64,000 nucleotides of DNA from Candidatus Nanopelagicales bacterium (GTDB lineage: Bacteria; Actinomycetota; Actinomycetes; S36-B12): assembly GCA_044240195.1 (NCBI GenBank), contig JBIHZX010000003.1, positions 918-64,917 of the forward strand. Direction: 5' to 3'. Numbering within the stretch: the first letter of the stretch is position 1; every line of letters starts with the position of its first letter. The notes beneath the pieces were generated by a model. That model did no database searches. It was not told where the DNA came from and was given only the letters and a program-made list of their open reading frames with translations. A program made the translations under genes and the position numbers. Of the stretch, positions 21,014-32,800 are shown piece after piece.

Positions 21014-22558
21014 TTAGTGATCAAGTTGCTCAGCCAATGCAACAGCACGAATAATGGCCATTGCCTTGTTAACGCATTCATCATTTTCACTCTCGGGCAC
21101 TGAATCTGCCACGATACCTCCACCGGCTTGAATATGAGCGATTCCATCTTTTAATAGAGCCGTTCGAATGGCAATTGCCATGTCCATATTCCCCGCGAAG
21201 TCAAAGTATCCGATGCAGCCACCGTAAAGCCCCCGCTTTTCTGATTCCATTTCCTCAATGATTTGCATGGCACGCGGCTTGGGTGCACCTGAAAGTGTGC
21301 CTGCGGGAAAAGTTGCCCTCAGCGCGGTGAACGCATCCTCATGTGCATTTAGTTCGCCCGTAACGGTTGACACTAAGTGCATCACATGCGAGTAACGTTC
21401 AACGTGCATGAAGTCAATGACATTGACACTGCCTGGAGTGCAGACCCGACCAAGATCATTACGTGCCAGGTCAACCAGCATGAGGTGTTCGGCGCGTTCT
21501 TTCTTGTCCTCCAGTAAATCCTGCGCCAATAGCCGATCACGCTCAGGGTCTGAGCTTCTCCAGCGAGTTCCCGCTATCGGGTGCACGACCGCGTTGCGAT
21601 CCCGTACGGTAACCAACGCCTCTGGCGACGAACCGATAATTTCAAAAGCAACTCGATTGAAATCGTGTGGATCAGGGACACGAACCAGATACATGTACGG
21701 ACTTGGGTTGGTTGATCTCAAGATCCGGTAAATGCTCAACGCACTTGCCTGCGTTGGGACACTAAACCGCTGGGAAAGAACAACCTGGAATGCGTCGCCC
21801 GCACGAATATATTCCTTGATCGTGTCAATGTTCTTTAAATAAGTTTCCTCACTTGTAACCCGCGGTGGTAAAACCACTTCAGAGTCCAAAACAGGCGTTG
21901 CCTGTGCACCGCTCGGCAAAATGTGGGTTATTGATTCCTGCATGCAGTCAAGGCGAGCGATTGAATCCTCATAAGCTTGCTCGACACGCTCGGGTGAATT
22001 ATCAAAGTTTATTGCGTTAGCAATTAGCGTCACCGTGCTTTGAAGGTGATCCACCACCGCGATATCAGAGGCAAGCAAGAAACAGAGGTCCGGGATATTC
22101 AGAGAATCACTCGTCGAATTCCCAATATCCTCCCAGTTGCGCACGATGTCATAGGCCATGTACCCGACCAGACCACCGGTGAAAGGAAAGTTTCCGGTCT
22201 GTGAAAGCTGTAACTTTTGCGTGTGTAATTGAGCGAGGGCTTGTTCAAGAACGTCAAGGGCTAGACCACTATCCGGTAGTCCTTCAGGAACTCGTCCGCT
22301 CCATACCGCTTTACCTTGCGATTCTGAGAGCATCGCGGCACTATTTACCCCGATAAATGAATAACGGGACCATTGCACTCCAGCTTCAGCCGACTCCAAT
22401 AAAAACGTCCCCGCACGCTCACCACATAGTGCGTGAAAAAGGCCAATCGCACTGAGATGGTCGACAAGGAGCGTTCGAAAAACTGGCACGACTCTTTGAA
22501 CGCGAGCAAGCTCTTGGAAATTAACAAGGTCGGGTGTGTCTGAATTTTTCTCGCTCAC
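21014..22558 (-). CDS. trpE: anthranilate synthase component I
   Basis: 514 aa with LLESAE, GAPKPRAMQII and RGLYGGCIGY motifs. The GTG start forms a GTGA overlap with the hisI stop. Confidence 0.95.
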   Translation of the reverse strand: MSEKNSDTPDLVNFQELARVQRVVPVFRTLLVDHLSAIGLFHALCGERAGTFLLESAEAGVQWSRYSFIGVNSAAMLSESQGKAVWSGRVPEGLPDSGLALDVLEQALAQLHTQKLQLSQTGNFPFTGGLVGYMAYDIVRNWEDIGNSTSDSLNIPDLCFLLASDIAVVDHLQSTVTLIANAINFDNSPERVEQAYEDSIARLDCMQESITHILPSGAQATPVLDSEVVLPPRVTSEETYLKNIDTIKEYIRAGDAFQVVLSQRFSVPTQASALSIYRILRSTNPSPYMYLVRVPDPHDFNRVAFEIIGSSPEALVTVRDRNAVVHPIAGTRWRSSDPERDRLLAQDLLEDKKERAEHLMLVDLARNDLGRVCTPGSVNVIDFMHVERYSHVMHLVSTVTGELNAHEDAFTALRATFPAGTLSGAPKPRAMQIIEEMESEKRGLYGGCIGYFDFAGNMDMAIAIRTALLKDGIAHIQAGGGIVADSVPESENDECVNKAMAIIRAVALAEQLDH

Positions 22559-22893
22559 TTAACAATTCCTTGATCAAAGAAACAGGTCGGGCTTCCCGTG
22601 TGACAAGCAGGTCCATTTTGATCAACAATCATGAGAAGTGTGTCCCCGTCACAGTCAGCTCGCAGGCTCCGCACTAATTGGCTATTTCCTGACTCTTCGC
22701 CCTTTACCCAAATCTTATTTCGACTGCGCGAAAAATATGTTCCCAGACCCGTGTCAATGGTTAACTGCACCGCATCAGCATTCATCCAGGCCATCATGAG
22801 GACTTCCTTGCTTACCGAATCCTGGGTAATCACAGGCACGAGGCCACTTTCATTGAATCTAATCCGAGCAATGAACTCACTGGCTTGGTTCAT
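22555..22893 (-). CDS. hisI: phosphoribosyl-AMP cyclohydrolase
   Basis: 112 aa with the C-terminal cysteine motif [17 protein letters not shown] overlap with the hisF stop. Confidence 0.93.
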   Translation of the reverse strand: MNQASEFIARIRFNESGLVPVITQDSVSKEVLMMAWMNADAVQLTIDTGLGTYFSRSRNKIWVKGEESGNSQLVRSLRADCDGDTLLMIVDQNGPACHTGSPTCFFDQGIVK

Positions 22894-23672
22894 GACACCA
22901 ACCTAGTTGGTTCACGAACCAGGATCGAATCAGCCTTTAGTGCACTCTTCACCTGAGCAACGGATACCTCACCAAAATGAAAGATGCTTGCAGCCAAGAC
23001 GGCTTGCGCGCCCGCATGTATTGCCGCGGCGAAATCACTGGGAACACCTGCTCCCCCACTGGCAATGATCGGGATATTTACGGCCTTACGAACCGCAGTG
23101 ATGAGTTCCAAATCAAAACCAGCCTTCGTGCCGTCGGCATCCATTGAGTTGAGCAATATTTCACCCACCCCAAACTCAGCCGCACTCTGCGCCCACTGCA
23201 CGGCATCGAGGCCGGCGGATTCTCTACCTCCATGCGTGGTCACTCCAAAGCCGCTTGGTTGACCAGATTCTCGACGTGCATCCAATGACAGCACAATGCA
23301 TTGGGAGCCAAACCGCTGAGCAGCTTCACGCAAAAGTTCTGGTCGGGCAATCGCCGCGGTGTTAATTGAGACTTTGTCTGCTCCGGCTCGCAAAAGGGCA
23401 TCAATGTCTTCAATACTGCGGATCCCCCCACCCACCGTTACCGGAATGAAAACTTGGTCTGCGCTACGGCGGACCAATTCAAGTGTTGTTTCTCGATCTG
23501 AACTCGACGCAGTGATGTCAAGAAAGACAAGTTCATCAATTCCGGCCGCACCGTATAAGGATGCCAATTCAATTGGGTCGCCGGCATCAACGAGATCAAC
23601 AAAATTCACTCCCTTAACAACCCTGCCACCATCAACATCAAGGCATGCAATTACTCGAGCAGCGAGTGTCAC
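22890..23672 (-). CDS. hisF: imidazole glycerol phosphate synthase cyclase subunit
   Basis: ORF 22890..23690. [16 protein letters not shown] and [11 protein letters not shown] motifs. The GTG at 23672 gives a GTGA overlap with the hisA stop; the alternative GTG is at 23690. Confidence 0.93.
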   Translation of the reverse strand: MTLAARVIACLDVDGGRVVKGVNFVDLVDAGDPIELASLYGAAGIDELVFLDITASSSDRETTLELVRRSADQVFIPVTVGGGIRSIEDIDALLRAGADKVSINTAAIARPELLREAAQRFGSQCIVLSLDARRESGQPSGFGVTTHGGRESAGLDAVQWAQSAAEFGVGEILLNSMDADGTKAGFDLELITAVRKAVNIPIIASGGAGVPSDFAAAIHAGAQAVLAASIFHFGEVSVAQVKSALKADSILVREPTRLVS

Positions 23673-24427
23673 GGCTGTGGCGGTCCCCACTGGTATGGGT
23701 CGTAGCGACCTTCAACGGCTACAAGTGCCTCGGGAAGACTGAAAGCTTGTTCATAGAGCGCCTTTCCAATAATTGCGCCCTCGATTCCTTTCATCTCCGC
23801 AAGTTTGTGTAGGTCCTCCAACCTGTGGATCCCACCCGATGCGATTACGCGGGCACGGGTTGCCTCTGTAACCTGTTTCAAAAGGTGGAAATTAGGCCCA
23901 TGCATCATTCCGTCTTTTTCAACATCGGTGACAACGTATCGGGTGCAACCGGCAGCATCGAGACGACCGATTGTTTCCCACAGGTCTCCACCCTCCGTTG
24001 TCCAGCCACGGGCCGCCAACGTGTGCCCCTTCACATCAAGGCCAACGGCAATGCGGTCCCCGTATTCGGCTATCACGGATTCGGTCCAGTCAGGATCTTC
24101 CAACGCTGCCGTACCCAGATTCACTCGAGCGCACCCGGTTGCCAGGGCCGCCTTCAAACTCTCATCACTTCTGATTCCGCCCGAAAGCTCAACCTTGACT
24201 TCCCGGCCAATTCTTTCCACAACGTGAGAAATGAGGGTTGAGTTGTTTCCGGTGCCAAATGCCGCATCAAGATCTACTAGATGGATCCACTCAGCACCCT
24301 GATTCACCCACGTTTGGGCGGCATCAAGGGGTGATCCATAAACGGTTTCACTTCCGGCCTTGCCTTGAACTAAGCGGACAGCCTTGCCATCTTTGACATC
24401 GACAGCGGGTAAAAGTGTGAATTTCAT
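23669..24427 (-). CDS. hisA: ProFAR isomerase HisA, probably the bifunctional HisA/TrpF (PriA) type of Actinobacteria
   Basis: 252 aa (beta/alpha)8 enzyme with N-terminus [15 protein letters not shown]. The PriA assignment is an inference from actinobacterial context and the absence of trpF in this his-trp block. Confidence 0.88.
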   Translation of the reverse strand: MKFTLLPAVDVKDGKAVRLVQGKAGSETVYGSPLDAAQTWVNQGAEWIHLVDLDAAFGTGNNSTLISHVVERIGREVKVELSGGIRSDESLKAALATGCARVNLGTAALEDPDWTESVIAEYGDRIAVGLDVKGHTLAARGWTTEGGDLWETIGRLDAAGCTRYVVTDVEKDGMMHGPNFHLLKQVTEATRARVIASGGIHRLEDLHKLAEMKGIEGAIIGKALYEQAFSLPEALVAVEGRYDPYQWGPPQP

Positions 24428-24436
24428 GGGTGCAGT

Positions 24437-25072
24437 CTAGGTCAGGGTGCCGACCCAGTTGTTGATCAGCGTGAGTCCCGCCTCACCACTCTTCTCTGGG
24501 TGAAATTGGACTGCCGAAAGTGGGCCATTTTCCACGGCGGCGATAAAGGGTGCCCCGTAATCACTCCACGTGACGATCGGCGGATGTTGATACGGATCAG
24601 TGTCGCTCATGGTCCACTCGTTAACCGCGTAGGAGTGCACAAAATAAAACATTTCGGACTCAACCCCAGCAAACAAGGTTGACGAGGCTGGCGGCGCAAC
24701 AGTGTTCCACCCCATGTGCGGGATGATCGGTGCGACCAGGAGATCGACCGTGCCCGGCCACTGACCGAGCCCCCGGGTGCTGATGCCGTGCTCGATTCCT
24801 TGTTCAAACATGATTTGCATACCGACGCAAATACCCAAGACAGGGCGTTTCGCTACCATCCGCGCGTCAACGAGTGCGCCACCTCTCACCCTGTCAATTC
24901 CTGCCATGCAGGCCGCGAACGCGCCCACCCCCGGAATTATCAGACCGTCCGCATTCAGACAAGTATCAAAATCAGAACTCAAAATTGCGGTGGCTCCAAC
25001 ATGCTCAGCCGCACGCAGCGCCGAACGAACATTTCCGAAACCGTAGTCAAGAACTGCAACAGTGGGTGACAT
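24437..25072 (-). CDS. hisH: imidazole glycerol phosphate synthase glutamine amidotransferase subunit
   Basis: 211 aa with VAVLDYGFGNVRS and the nucleophile motif GICVGMQ. Confidence 0.94.
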   Translation of the reverse strand: MSPTVAVLDYGFGNVRSALRAAEHVGATAILSSDFDTCLNADGLIIPGVGAFAACMAGIDRVRGGALVDARMVAKRPVLGICVGMQIMFEQGIEHGISTRGLGQWPGTVDLLVAPIIPHMGWNTVAPPASSTLFAGVESEMFYFVHSYAVNEWTMSDTDPYQHPPIVTWSDYGAPFIAAVENGPLSAVQFHPEKSGEAGLTLINNWVGTLT

Positions 25073-25086
25073 AAATTATGTTTACC

Positions 25087-25686
25087 TTACTGCGATGCAG
25101 TGAGTGTGCCTTTAGTTGAAGGCACACCGACCACGCGTGGGTCCCTGGCCACCGCGGTGCGTAGTGAGCGGGCGACACTTTTGAATTGCGCTTCGACAAC
25201 ATGGTGAGCATTGCGCCCAGACAACACATTGACATGCAGGGTGATTTGTGAGGTAGCAACAATCGATTCCCAAATATGGCGAGTCAAAGTTGTGTCGTAG
25301 GCCCCAATGAGCTCAACCAATTCAGGTTCAGTGTGCACTAGATAAGGGCGACCAGAAAGGTCAACCGCGCTCTGCACCAAGCATTCATCGAGTGGCACTA
25401 AGGCGTCTCCGTATCGAGTCAATCCAGCTCGATCCCCTAATGCCTGATTCATTGCTTGTCCCAGCGCCAAACTTGTGTCCTCAACCGTATGGTGTGCATC
25501 AACGTGCAGGTCGCCTCGAGTATTTACCACTAAATCAAATCCACCATGTTTTGCTAGTTGGGCAAGCATGTGGTCAAAAAAAGGAACGCCAGTCTCAATG
25601 GTGCTTTGCCCTGTTCCATCAAGGGAGAGCTCAACGAGCACGCTGCTTTCCTTGGTCTCGCGTTCAATACGTGCCATTCTGGTCAT
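25087..25686 (-). CDS. hisB: imidazoleglycerol-phosphate dehydratase
   Basis: 199 aa with RETKES and the metal motifs HVDAHHTVED and NAHHVVEA. Confidence 0.94.
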   Translation of the reverse strand: MTRMARIERETKESSVLVELSLDGTGQSTIETGVPFFDHMLAQLAKHGGFDLVVNTRGDLHVDAHHTVEDTSLALGQAMNQALGDRAGLTRYGDALVPLDECLVQSAVDLSGRPYLVHTEPELVELIGAYDTTLTRHIWESIVATSQITLHVNVLSGRNAHHVVEAQFKSVARSLRTAVARDPRVVGVPSTKGTLTASQ

Positions 25687-25702
25687 GTCTATCCTCCTGT
25701 GC

Positions 25703-26797
25703 TCAGACTAACGGTTTCAAACAGTTAAGAAATAACTCGTTCTCACTAGCCGTTCCGATACTCACTCGAAGCCAACCCGAAGGACCAGTTTCTCGGATGA
25801 GGATTCCTTGTTCAAAGAGTCCTTTCCAAATCGCATGCCGATCAGAAAATTCGCCAAAGAACAGAAAGTTTGCGTCACTGCGAGCGACGAGAAGGCCCAT
25901 CCCTTCAAGTTCAACTGCCATCTGATTACGCGCATCAGTGATTTGCGCTACACGATCCAGTGACTCGCTTGCAAAACTCAATGCCGCAATCGCCGCCGCC
26001 TGCGAGATGGCCGATAGGTGATACGGCAAACGCACCAATTTAAGTGCCTGAACAATCTCACCGGTACTTGTGGCGCAATATCCGAGGCGCCCGCCCGCAT
26101 AACCAAATGCTTTGCTCATAGTTCGTGAGACAACAATATTCGGATAAGAATCAAGCAAGGTGAGGGCCGTTGCCCCTCTATCGCTACGGAATTCGGCATA
26201 CGCTTCGTCGACCACAACCAGGGCCCCGCTTGCTTGGGCAACTTTGGAGATCTCTTCAATTTCAGCCAACGTGATTGATGTCCCTGTCGGATTATTCGGT
26301 GATGTGAGGATTACCAGATTGGGCCTGTGCGCTGCGACAGCTTCAACCGCTGCAGCTAGGTCAATGGTGAAATCACTTCGTCGTGGAACCGACACCATTG
26401 TGGTGAAAGAGTCACGAGCGTACTCAGGGTACATTGAATATGTAGGGTCAAATGTCAATGCTTTCGTGCCCGGGCCGCCAAATGCGCCAAATAACTGCGC
26501 CATAATTTCGTTTGAGCCATTGGCTGCCCAGATCCGCTCAACATTTACCTTTACTCCGGATTCGACATCCAGATAAGTCGCCAACGCTGCGCGCAGGTCC
26601 ACCGCGTCACGGTCCGGGTATCTGTTGATTCCGCGCGCTGCGACCGCAACAGCCTGTGAAATTGCCGCCACCACCGCATCACTTGGCGGGTATGGATTCT
26701 CATTGACATTGAGCCGAACAGGTACGTAATCATGGGGTGCGCCATAAGGCACTTGGCCAACGAGATCCGGGCGTAAAGGTAATTCAAACCCGCTCAC
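25703..26797 (-). CDS. hisC: histidinol-phosphate aminotransferase
   Basis: 364 aa class-II aminotransferase with the PLP-lysine region [20 protein letters not shown] overlap with the hisD stop. Confidence 0.93.
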   Translation of the reverse strand: MSGFELPLRPDLVGQVPYGAPHDYVPVRLNVNENPYPPSDAVVAAISQAVAVAARGINRYPDRDAVDLRAALATYLDVESGVKVNVERIWAANGSNEIMAQLFGAFGGPGTKALTFDPTYSMYPEYARDSFTTMVSVPRRSDFTIDLAAAVEAVAAHRPNLVILTSPNNPTGTSITLAEIEEISKVAQASGALVVVDEAYAEFRSDRGATALTLLDSYPNIVVSRTMSKAFGYAGGRLGYCATSTGEIVQALKLVRLPYHLSAISQAAAIAALSFASESLDRVAQITDARNQMAVELEGMGLLVARSDANFLFFGEFSDRHAIWKGLFEQGILIRETGPSGWLRVSIGTASENELFLNCLKPLV

Positions 26798-28119
26798 TGT
26801 TGCATCCGAACGGTGATCGCCTGCCCATGTGCCGGCAAGTCCTCAGCGCTAGAAAGCGCGAGAACGTGGGGGGCAACCTCGACCAAGGCTTGCTGTGAAT
26901 ATTCAATAATGTGAATACCCCGCAGAAAAGTCTGAACCGATAAACCCGAGGAGTGTTTCGCCGATCCAGCTGTTGGCAAAACATGGTTGGATCCGGCGCA
27001 GTAGTCACCGAGTGAGACAGGGGCGTAGGTTCCAACAAAAATTGCACCCGCATGCTTGACCCTGCGAGCAACTTCTCGGGCATTCTCGACATGAATTTCC
27101 AAATGCTCAGCGGCGTAGGCATCGACAACCGCTAAACCTTGCTCAAGGTCGGCGACCAGGACAATGGCGCTTTGGACTCCTCGAAGCGCGGTCTCAATGC
27201 GCTCTGAGTGCTTGGCCATGGGCACCTGTTGCGCAAGGGCTTCCTCAACCGCGTTAGCCAATTCCTCACTGTCGGTCACTAAAACCGCGGCCGCGAGTTC
27301 ATCATGTTCGGCTTGACTAATCAGGTCAGCGGCAACGTGAGTGGGGTCGGCGGTGTGATCGGCTAAAATCAGGATCTCAGTCGGCCCCGCCTCAGAATCA
27401 ATACCAATGATTCCCTGCAAGGCGCGCTTGGCCGCGGTCACGTATATGTTTCCCGGACCGGTCACCAAATCGACCGGTCGGCACTCCCCCTCGGGTAGTT
27501 GCACTCCATAGGCCAACATGGCGACTGCTTGTGCGCCGCCAACGGCATAAACTTCAGTAATACCCAAAAGGTGCGCGGCGGCCATGATGACCGGGTGTGG
27601 CCAACCACCCCAATCTTTCTGCGGTGGCGAGACAACAGCAATCGATCCCACCCCCGCGATTTGAGCGGGGACAACATTCATGATGACACTGCTGGGATAG
27701 ACAGCCTGTCCACCGGGAACATAAAGCCCCACTCGATCGACGGGAATCCAGCGCTCGGTGACCGTTCCCCCGTCTACTACTTCGGTGACCGTTTCACCTG
27801 GGACCTGGTCCAAGTGCACAATTCGGGCTCGACGAATCGATTCAAGCAATGCCTCCCGCACGAGGGGGTCAAGATTGGCCGCAGCATTTTCCAATTCGGC
27901 TACCGGCACTCGCAGTGAGGGCGGTGTAACTCCATCAAGGGTCTGTGACCACCGCGCAACGGCCTCGGCACCATTTTCCCGAACGTCTTTCACAATGGGG
28001 GCAATAATTACCCCGGCGTCGTCAACATTAGTGGCTGCTCGAGGCACCATATTTGTTACCGAGTTTGTTACAGAATCGCCAACAACACCGTTCTCGCGCA
28101 GATCGATGAGCCGAATCAT
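26794..28119 (-). CDS. hisD: histidinol dehydrogenase
   Basis: ORF 26794..28377. SQAEHD and NHVLPT motifs. The first 86 codons of the ORF are an R/P-rich extension that overlaps the divergent gene. The ATG at 28119 ([11 protein letters not shown]...) gives a normal 441-aa HisD. Confidence 0.92.
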   Translation of the reverse strand: MIRLIDLRENGVVGDSVTNSVTNMVPRAATNVDDAGVIIAPIVKDVRENGAEAVARWSQTLDGVTPPSLRVPVAELENAAANLDPLVREALLESIRRARIVHLDQVPGETVTEVVDGGTVTERWIPVDRVGLYVPGGQAVYPSSVIMNVVPAQIAGVGSIAVVSPPQKDWGGWPHPVIMAAAHLLGITEVYAVGGAQAVAMLAYGVQLPEGECRPVDLVTGPGNIYVTAAKRALQGIIGIDSEAGPTEILILADHTADPTHVAADLISQAEHDELAAAVLVTDSEELANAVEEALAQQVPMAKHSERIETALRGVQSAIVLVADLEQGLAVVDAYAAEHLEIHVENAREVARRVKHAGAIFVGTYAPVSLGDYCAGSNHVLPTAGSAKHSSGLSVQTFLRGIHIIEYSQQALVEVAPHVLALSSAEDLPAHGQAITVRMQQ

Positions 28120-28126
28120 GTATGGC

Positions 28127-28132
28127 AGTTTA
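28127..28132 (-). promoter_or_regulatory. candidate -10 hexamer TAAACT, 7 nt upstream of the hisD ATG (leaderless-type promoter)
   Basis: The minus strand reads GCACAGAC-TAAACT-GCCATAC-ATG. It matches the TAnnnT pattern. No SD can fit in the 17-bp divergent spacer. Confidence 0.35.
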
Positions 28133-28136
28133 GTCT

Positions 28137-28823
28137 GTGCCGGTGAGTTCCCATATCCCGCTCTTTCCACTGAACACGATTCTGGTACCGGGCCTGGTCC
28201 TCCCACTTCACATTTTCGAACCCCGTTATCGGTTGATGATCCAAGAATTGCTGGAAATTCCCGATGAAGAGGAGCGCGAATTTGGAATTGTGGCCGTTCG
28301 CGACGGGCACGATATTTCGTCAAATGGCATTGCCGCTTTACACCCGGTGGGCACTTCAACAATTCTCCGTGAGGCAAATGTCCATGAAGATGGCCGATAC
28401 GATGTTGTCACCACGGGCTCGCGTCGATTTCGGATTACGTCGTTAGATTCCAGTGCCCCACTTTTGCGTGCTGAGGTGGAATGGTTGCCCGAACCTAAAC
28501 CTGAGCAAACAGAGCAACTCACACTGCTCACCCAGAAAACACTCCAAGATTTTTCGGCCTATCGCATTGCTCTTTCAGGGGAATTCGATAGCGATTTTTC
28601 ACTGTTTGAGGAGTTTCCCACCGATCCAACCGTCGTTTCATTTCTCCTGACCGCCGCGATTCTCCTACCCACAGCCGAGCGTCAGGAACTGCTGGCAGCC
28701 CAGGACACGATAAGCCGCCTAACACTCATCAGGACCCTTCTCAAACGTGAAACGGGGCTCATAACTCATCTTGGTGCGCTGCCAGCCGTCGATTTGTTAC
28801 ACAGTTATGCTTCGCTTAATTGA
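28137..28823 (+). CDS. LON substrate-binding (Lon N-terminal) domain protein, no ATPase or protease domain
   Basis: 228 aa with N-terminus [28 protein letters not shown], typical of the Lon N-domain. GTG start at 28137, or a second GTG at 28143. Confidence 0.8.
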   Translation: MPVSSHIPLFPLNTILVPGLVLPLHIFEPRYRLMIQELLEIPDEEEREFGIVAVRDGHDISSNGIAALHPVGTSTILREANVHEDGRYDVVTTGSRRFRITSLDSSAPLLRAEVEWLPEPKPEQTEQLTLLTQKTLQDFSAYRIALSGEFDSDFSLFEEFPTDPTVVSFLLTAAILLPTAERQELLAAQDTISRLTLIRTLLKRETGLITHLGALPAVDLLHSYASLN

Positions 28824-28844
28824 TGAGTATTTACAATTAGGGCC

Positions 28845-29315
28845 GTGGCAATCACTCCGGCAACACTCGCTCTTGACTCACTCGGTATTTCGTACACACT
28901 CCACAAATATGACAGCGAAGCTGGGTCAGGGTTTGGCAAAGAGGCAGCCGACAGGATGAATCTTGATGAAAACCAGGTCTTCAAGACCATTATTTTTGGA
29001 GATAAAAACATAGCGGCCGTTGGCATTGCCCCAGTCTCACGAAAAATTAGCACGAAAAAGCTCGCGGCTGCAGTCGGTCAGCGTTCACTTGAGCCGATGG
29101 AAGCGGCCCTTGCCCAGCGCCTCACCGGTTATGTGGTCGGCGGCATCAGCCCATTCGGTCAAAAGAAGGCACTCGCAACCGTGATCGACGCAAGTGCACA
29201 CCGATTTGAAAAAATCTACGTCAGTGGGGGCCGTCGCGGCCTTGAAATTTGCATTTCTCCGGCTGACCTAATCAGTGCCTTGGGCGCGATCAGCGCAGAG
29301 ATTCAGGCAGAGTGA
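28845..29315 (+). CDS. ybaK: Cys-tRNA(Pro)/Cys-tRNA(Cys) deacylase YbaK
   Basis: 156 aa with YbaK/EbsC-type sequence (LDSLGISYTLHKYD..., VFKTIIF..., GYVVGGISPFGQKK). GTG start. Confidence 0.85.
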   Translation: MAITPATLALDSLGISYTLHKYDSEAGSGFGKEAADRMNLDENQVFKTIIFGDKNIAAVGIAPVSRKISTKKLAAAVGQRSLEPMEAALAQRLTGYVVGGISPFGQKKALATVIDASAHRFEKIYVSGGRRGLEICISPADLISALGAISAEIQAE

Positions 29316-29848
29316 TTCTTCACTCGTCTTTGCTGGGCTAAAAAGTCGCCAATCGCCATAATCAGAATTACTAAGCTGGAGCCGAGTGACCACATCAAAA
29401 ACATTGCCGGCAACGTAACTTCAAGCGGTGCGTCAATCACAGTTGAATCGGGAATATCCAAGCTTGCCAAGTCAACAAAACCCAGATGTGAGCCCACCCA
29501 CCACATCGCACAAGTACCGACAACCGCAGACGCCAATGCGGCGATCAATGAAGCCAGCAAATGTTCACGGCGCATGGACACCAATCCGATTGCCATTAAT
29601 ACACCGGCGGTCGCACCAATTGCCCCGAACGCAATATTTGCGGCGAAATATTCTTGGGGTTGAAAATTTTCCGGGAAAACCCGATCCGGAGTGATCACGA
29701 CCGAGACACGCGGCGCTAATGCCCACCACATGACACCCAGAGCAGCGCCCGATAGTCCGCCCGCAATAACTCCCGTGATAAATACTGTTATTGCTTTACG
29801 CCTTCGGCCTGGCGTTACACCTGCAGTGTCGTTTACTAGATCAGACAC
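29303..29848 (-). CDS. hypothetical polytopic membrane protein
   Basis: 181 aa with about 4 hydrophobic segments and no recognisable motif. The GTG start overlaps the dnaE stop by 13 bp, and the stop overlaps ybaK convergently. Confidence 0.6.
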   Translation of the reverse strand: MSDLVNDTAGVTPGRRRKAITVFITGVIAGGLSGAALGVMWWALAPRVSVVITPDRVFPENFQPQEYFAANIAFGAIGATAGVLMAIGLVSMRREHLLASLIAALASAVVGTCAMWWVGSHLGFVDLASLDIPDSTVIDAPLEVTLPAMFLMWSLGSSLVILIMAIGDFLAQQRRVKNHSA

Positions 29849-32800
29849 GATGAACCTAGAAGTGCCTTGAGATCACCAAAGAGCGAGGGCGAAGGTGTCA
29901 CGCGGTAAACGTCGTCGAGCTTCATGACTGTTGTTGAAGTACCACCCGTTAGGTGCAATTGCACTTCTGTGGTTCCCGGATGCTGCGCCAGGATATTTTT
30001 GAGGCGAGCGACAAGTGGCGGCACGCAGCGAGTAGCTGACATGGTGAGTCGAACTGGACCCGTTGGGGCTCCAGAGAGGTCCGGAGCGGTTACTTCAAGT
30101 GCGATGGCGCGCACTCCCTCGTCATCACTCCGGTCAATTTTAGTGCGGATAACCAAAATGGAGTCATCAACCAACAGTGTTCCAAAGGAGGCATAAGAGG
30201 CCGGGAACACCATGACTTCGAGGCTTCCTTCCAAGTCCTCCAAAGTGACAATCGCCCAAGCTGAGCCCTTTTTTGTGGTTTTTCGCACGACGCTGGTAAC
30301 CAAACCACCCAGTGAAATTACCTGTCCGTCGAGGTGTTCATCAATCAAGACGGATGCAATGCTTCGATCCGAGAGTTGTGCCAATGCACTCTCCATGCCG
30401 AAAAGTGGATGGTCTGAGACGTATAGGCCCAGCATGTCACGTTCATGTGCGAGGAGCAGCGACTTCTCCCACTCGGTGATTCCGATGACGGGTCGTTCAA
30501 TCAGTGAGACATCAGCATCTACTTCAAGCCCGCCAAATAAATCAAACTGCCCAATCGCCTCAGACCGCTTGATGTCAACAGCAGCATCAATTATCTGCTC
30601 GTGCACTGCAATTAATCCCTTGCGCGTGTGGCCAAGGCTGTCGAAAGCTCCCGCTTTCACTAATGACTCAACTACTCGCCTATTGCAAACGGCAATATCT
30701 ACTTTGGCAATGAAGTCGTGAAAATCTGAAAAGCGACCAACTTTATTTCGAGTGGCGATCACGGAATCCACAACATTGGTTCCCACATTGCGAATGGCCG
30801 TTAATCCAAAACGTATATCAGTTCCACGGGGGGTGTAGTTTGCATCCGAATCATTTACATCAGGTGGCAAAACCTTGATTCCCATACGACGGCATTCGTT
30901 GAGATAAATTGCTGAACGTTCCTTGTCATCGGCCATTGAAGTGAGCAGTGCAGCCATGTACTCGGCCGGGTAATTGGCCTTTAAATATGCGGTCCAATAA
31001 GAAACGAGTCCGTAGCCAGCTGTATGAGCCTTATTGAACGCGTAATCCGAAAAGGGAACAAGGACTTCCCATAACTTGTTTATCGCCGGATCGGAGAATC
31101 CACGTTCGCTCATGCCCTCACTAAATGGGACAAACTCTTGTTCAAGAATTTCCTTTTTCTTTTTGCTCATTGCTCGGCGAAGAAGATCTGCTTTGCCCAG
31201 TGAGTACCCAGCCAGCTGTTGGGCGATCGCCATGACCTGTTCTTGATAGACGATTAGTCCGTAGGTATCGCCGAGGATCTCACTCAATGGCCCTTCAAGT
31301 TCAGGGTGAATCGGGACGACCGGCTTTCGTCCATTTTTTCTATCCGCGTAGTCATTATGTGCATTCGCGCCCATGGGTCCAGGGCGGTACAGCGCAAGCA
31401 CGGCTGAAATATCTTCAAAATTGTCCGGTGCCATGGATCTCAATAACGAACGCATCGGGCCACCATCGAGTTGGAAAACCCCTAGCGTGTCACCCCGCGA
31501 AAGCAGTTCGTAAGCCATTTTGTCGTCGAGTGCCAAGGTTTCCAAAACAACTTCATCACCGGTATTGCGTTTGATATTTTCCAAGCAGTCGTCAAGGACA
31601 CTGAGGTTACGTAATCCCAAGAAGTCCATTTTCAGCAGACCAAGGGACTCACACGCACCCATGTCAAACTGAGTGATGATTGCGCCATCTTGTTCACGTT
31701 TCCACACCGGGATCACGTCCATGAGTGGCTCACTACACAGAATCACGCCTGCGGCATGCACACCCGGTTGGCGTTTAAGCCCTTCAAGGCCCTTAGCCGT
31801 ATCGATGACAGTCTGCACCTCAGGATCACTTGCATAGAGTGCCCGAAACTCTGCCGCTTCGGAATACCGAGAATCACTCGGGTCAAAAGCACCTTTTAGC
31901 GTAATGTCCTTGCCCATCACGGATGGTGGCATGGCTTTCGTGATTCGGTCACCCACCGAATAGGGCAAGCCCAAGACACGTGCACTGTCTTTGATTGCGG
32001 CTTTCGCCTTAATTGAACCGTACGTGACAATCTGCGCGACGCGCTCTTCCCCATACTTCTCCGTGGCGTAGCGAATCATGTCCGATCGTCGCCGTTCATC
32101 AAAGTCAATGTCGATATCGGGCATCGAGATTCGTTCGGGATTCAAGAATCGCTCAAACAGTAGACCGTGCTCGATGGGGTCCAAATCGGTAATTCCCAAT
32201 GCGTAAGCAATCATGGCGCCGGCAGCAGAACCACGACCAGGTCCGACTCGGATTCCATTATTCTTGGCATGCTGTACGAGATCAGCAACCACTAAGAAAT
32301 AGCCGGGGAAACCCATTTGGGAAATCACTCCCAATTCGTACTCAGCCTGCGTTCGCACTTTGTCAGGGATGCCGGTCGGGTACCTGCGCGCCAAGCCAAT
32401 TTCCACTTCCTTGACCAGCCAGGAATCTTCACTTTCTCCAGCCGGGATGTCAGCGCGGGGCATGAGGTTTGCACCTTCGCTGAACTCAACGTCGCACCGC
32501 TCCGCAATCAGCAAAGTATTGTCACAGGCCTCAGGGAATTCACTCCATAAATCTCGCATTTGGGCTGCGGACTTCAAGTAAAAATCGCGGGCATCAAATT
32601 TGAATCTTTTTGGGTCATCGAGTGTTGTTCGAGTTCCAATACACAATAAGACATCATGCGTATCAGCGTCACTTTCATTGACGTAGTGCATGTCATTGGT
32701 TGCAATTAGTGGCAAATCAAGTGCCTTTGAAATCTTGATCAAATCCGGCATGAAATTTCGTTCAATAGCGAGACCGTGGTCCATGATCTCGGCAAAGAAA

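Noticed and set aside
28120-28377. The 86-codon N-terminal extension of the hisD ORF, with similar extensions on pyrC (3952-4065), ftsZ (42774-42842), trpC (17758-17841) and the RDD gene (62364-62531).
   Set aside because: The extensions are R/P/C/W-rich, overlap neighbouring genes, lack RBSs and are absent from homologs as I know them. Internal starts with an RBS or ATGA/GTGA coupling fit better.
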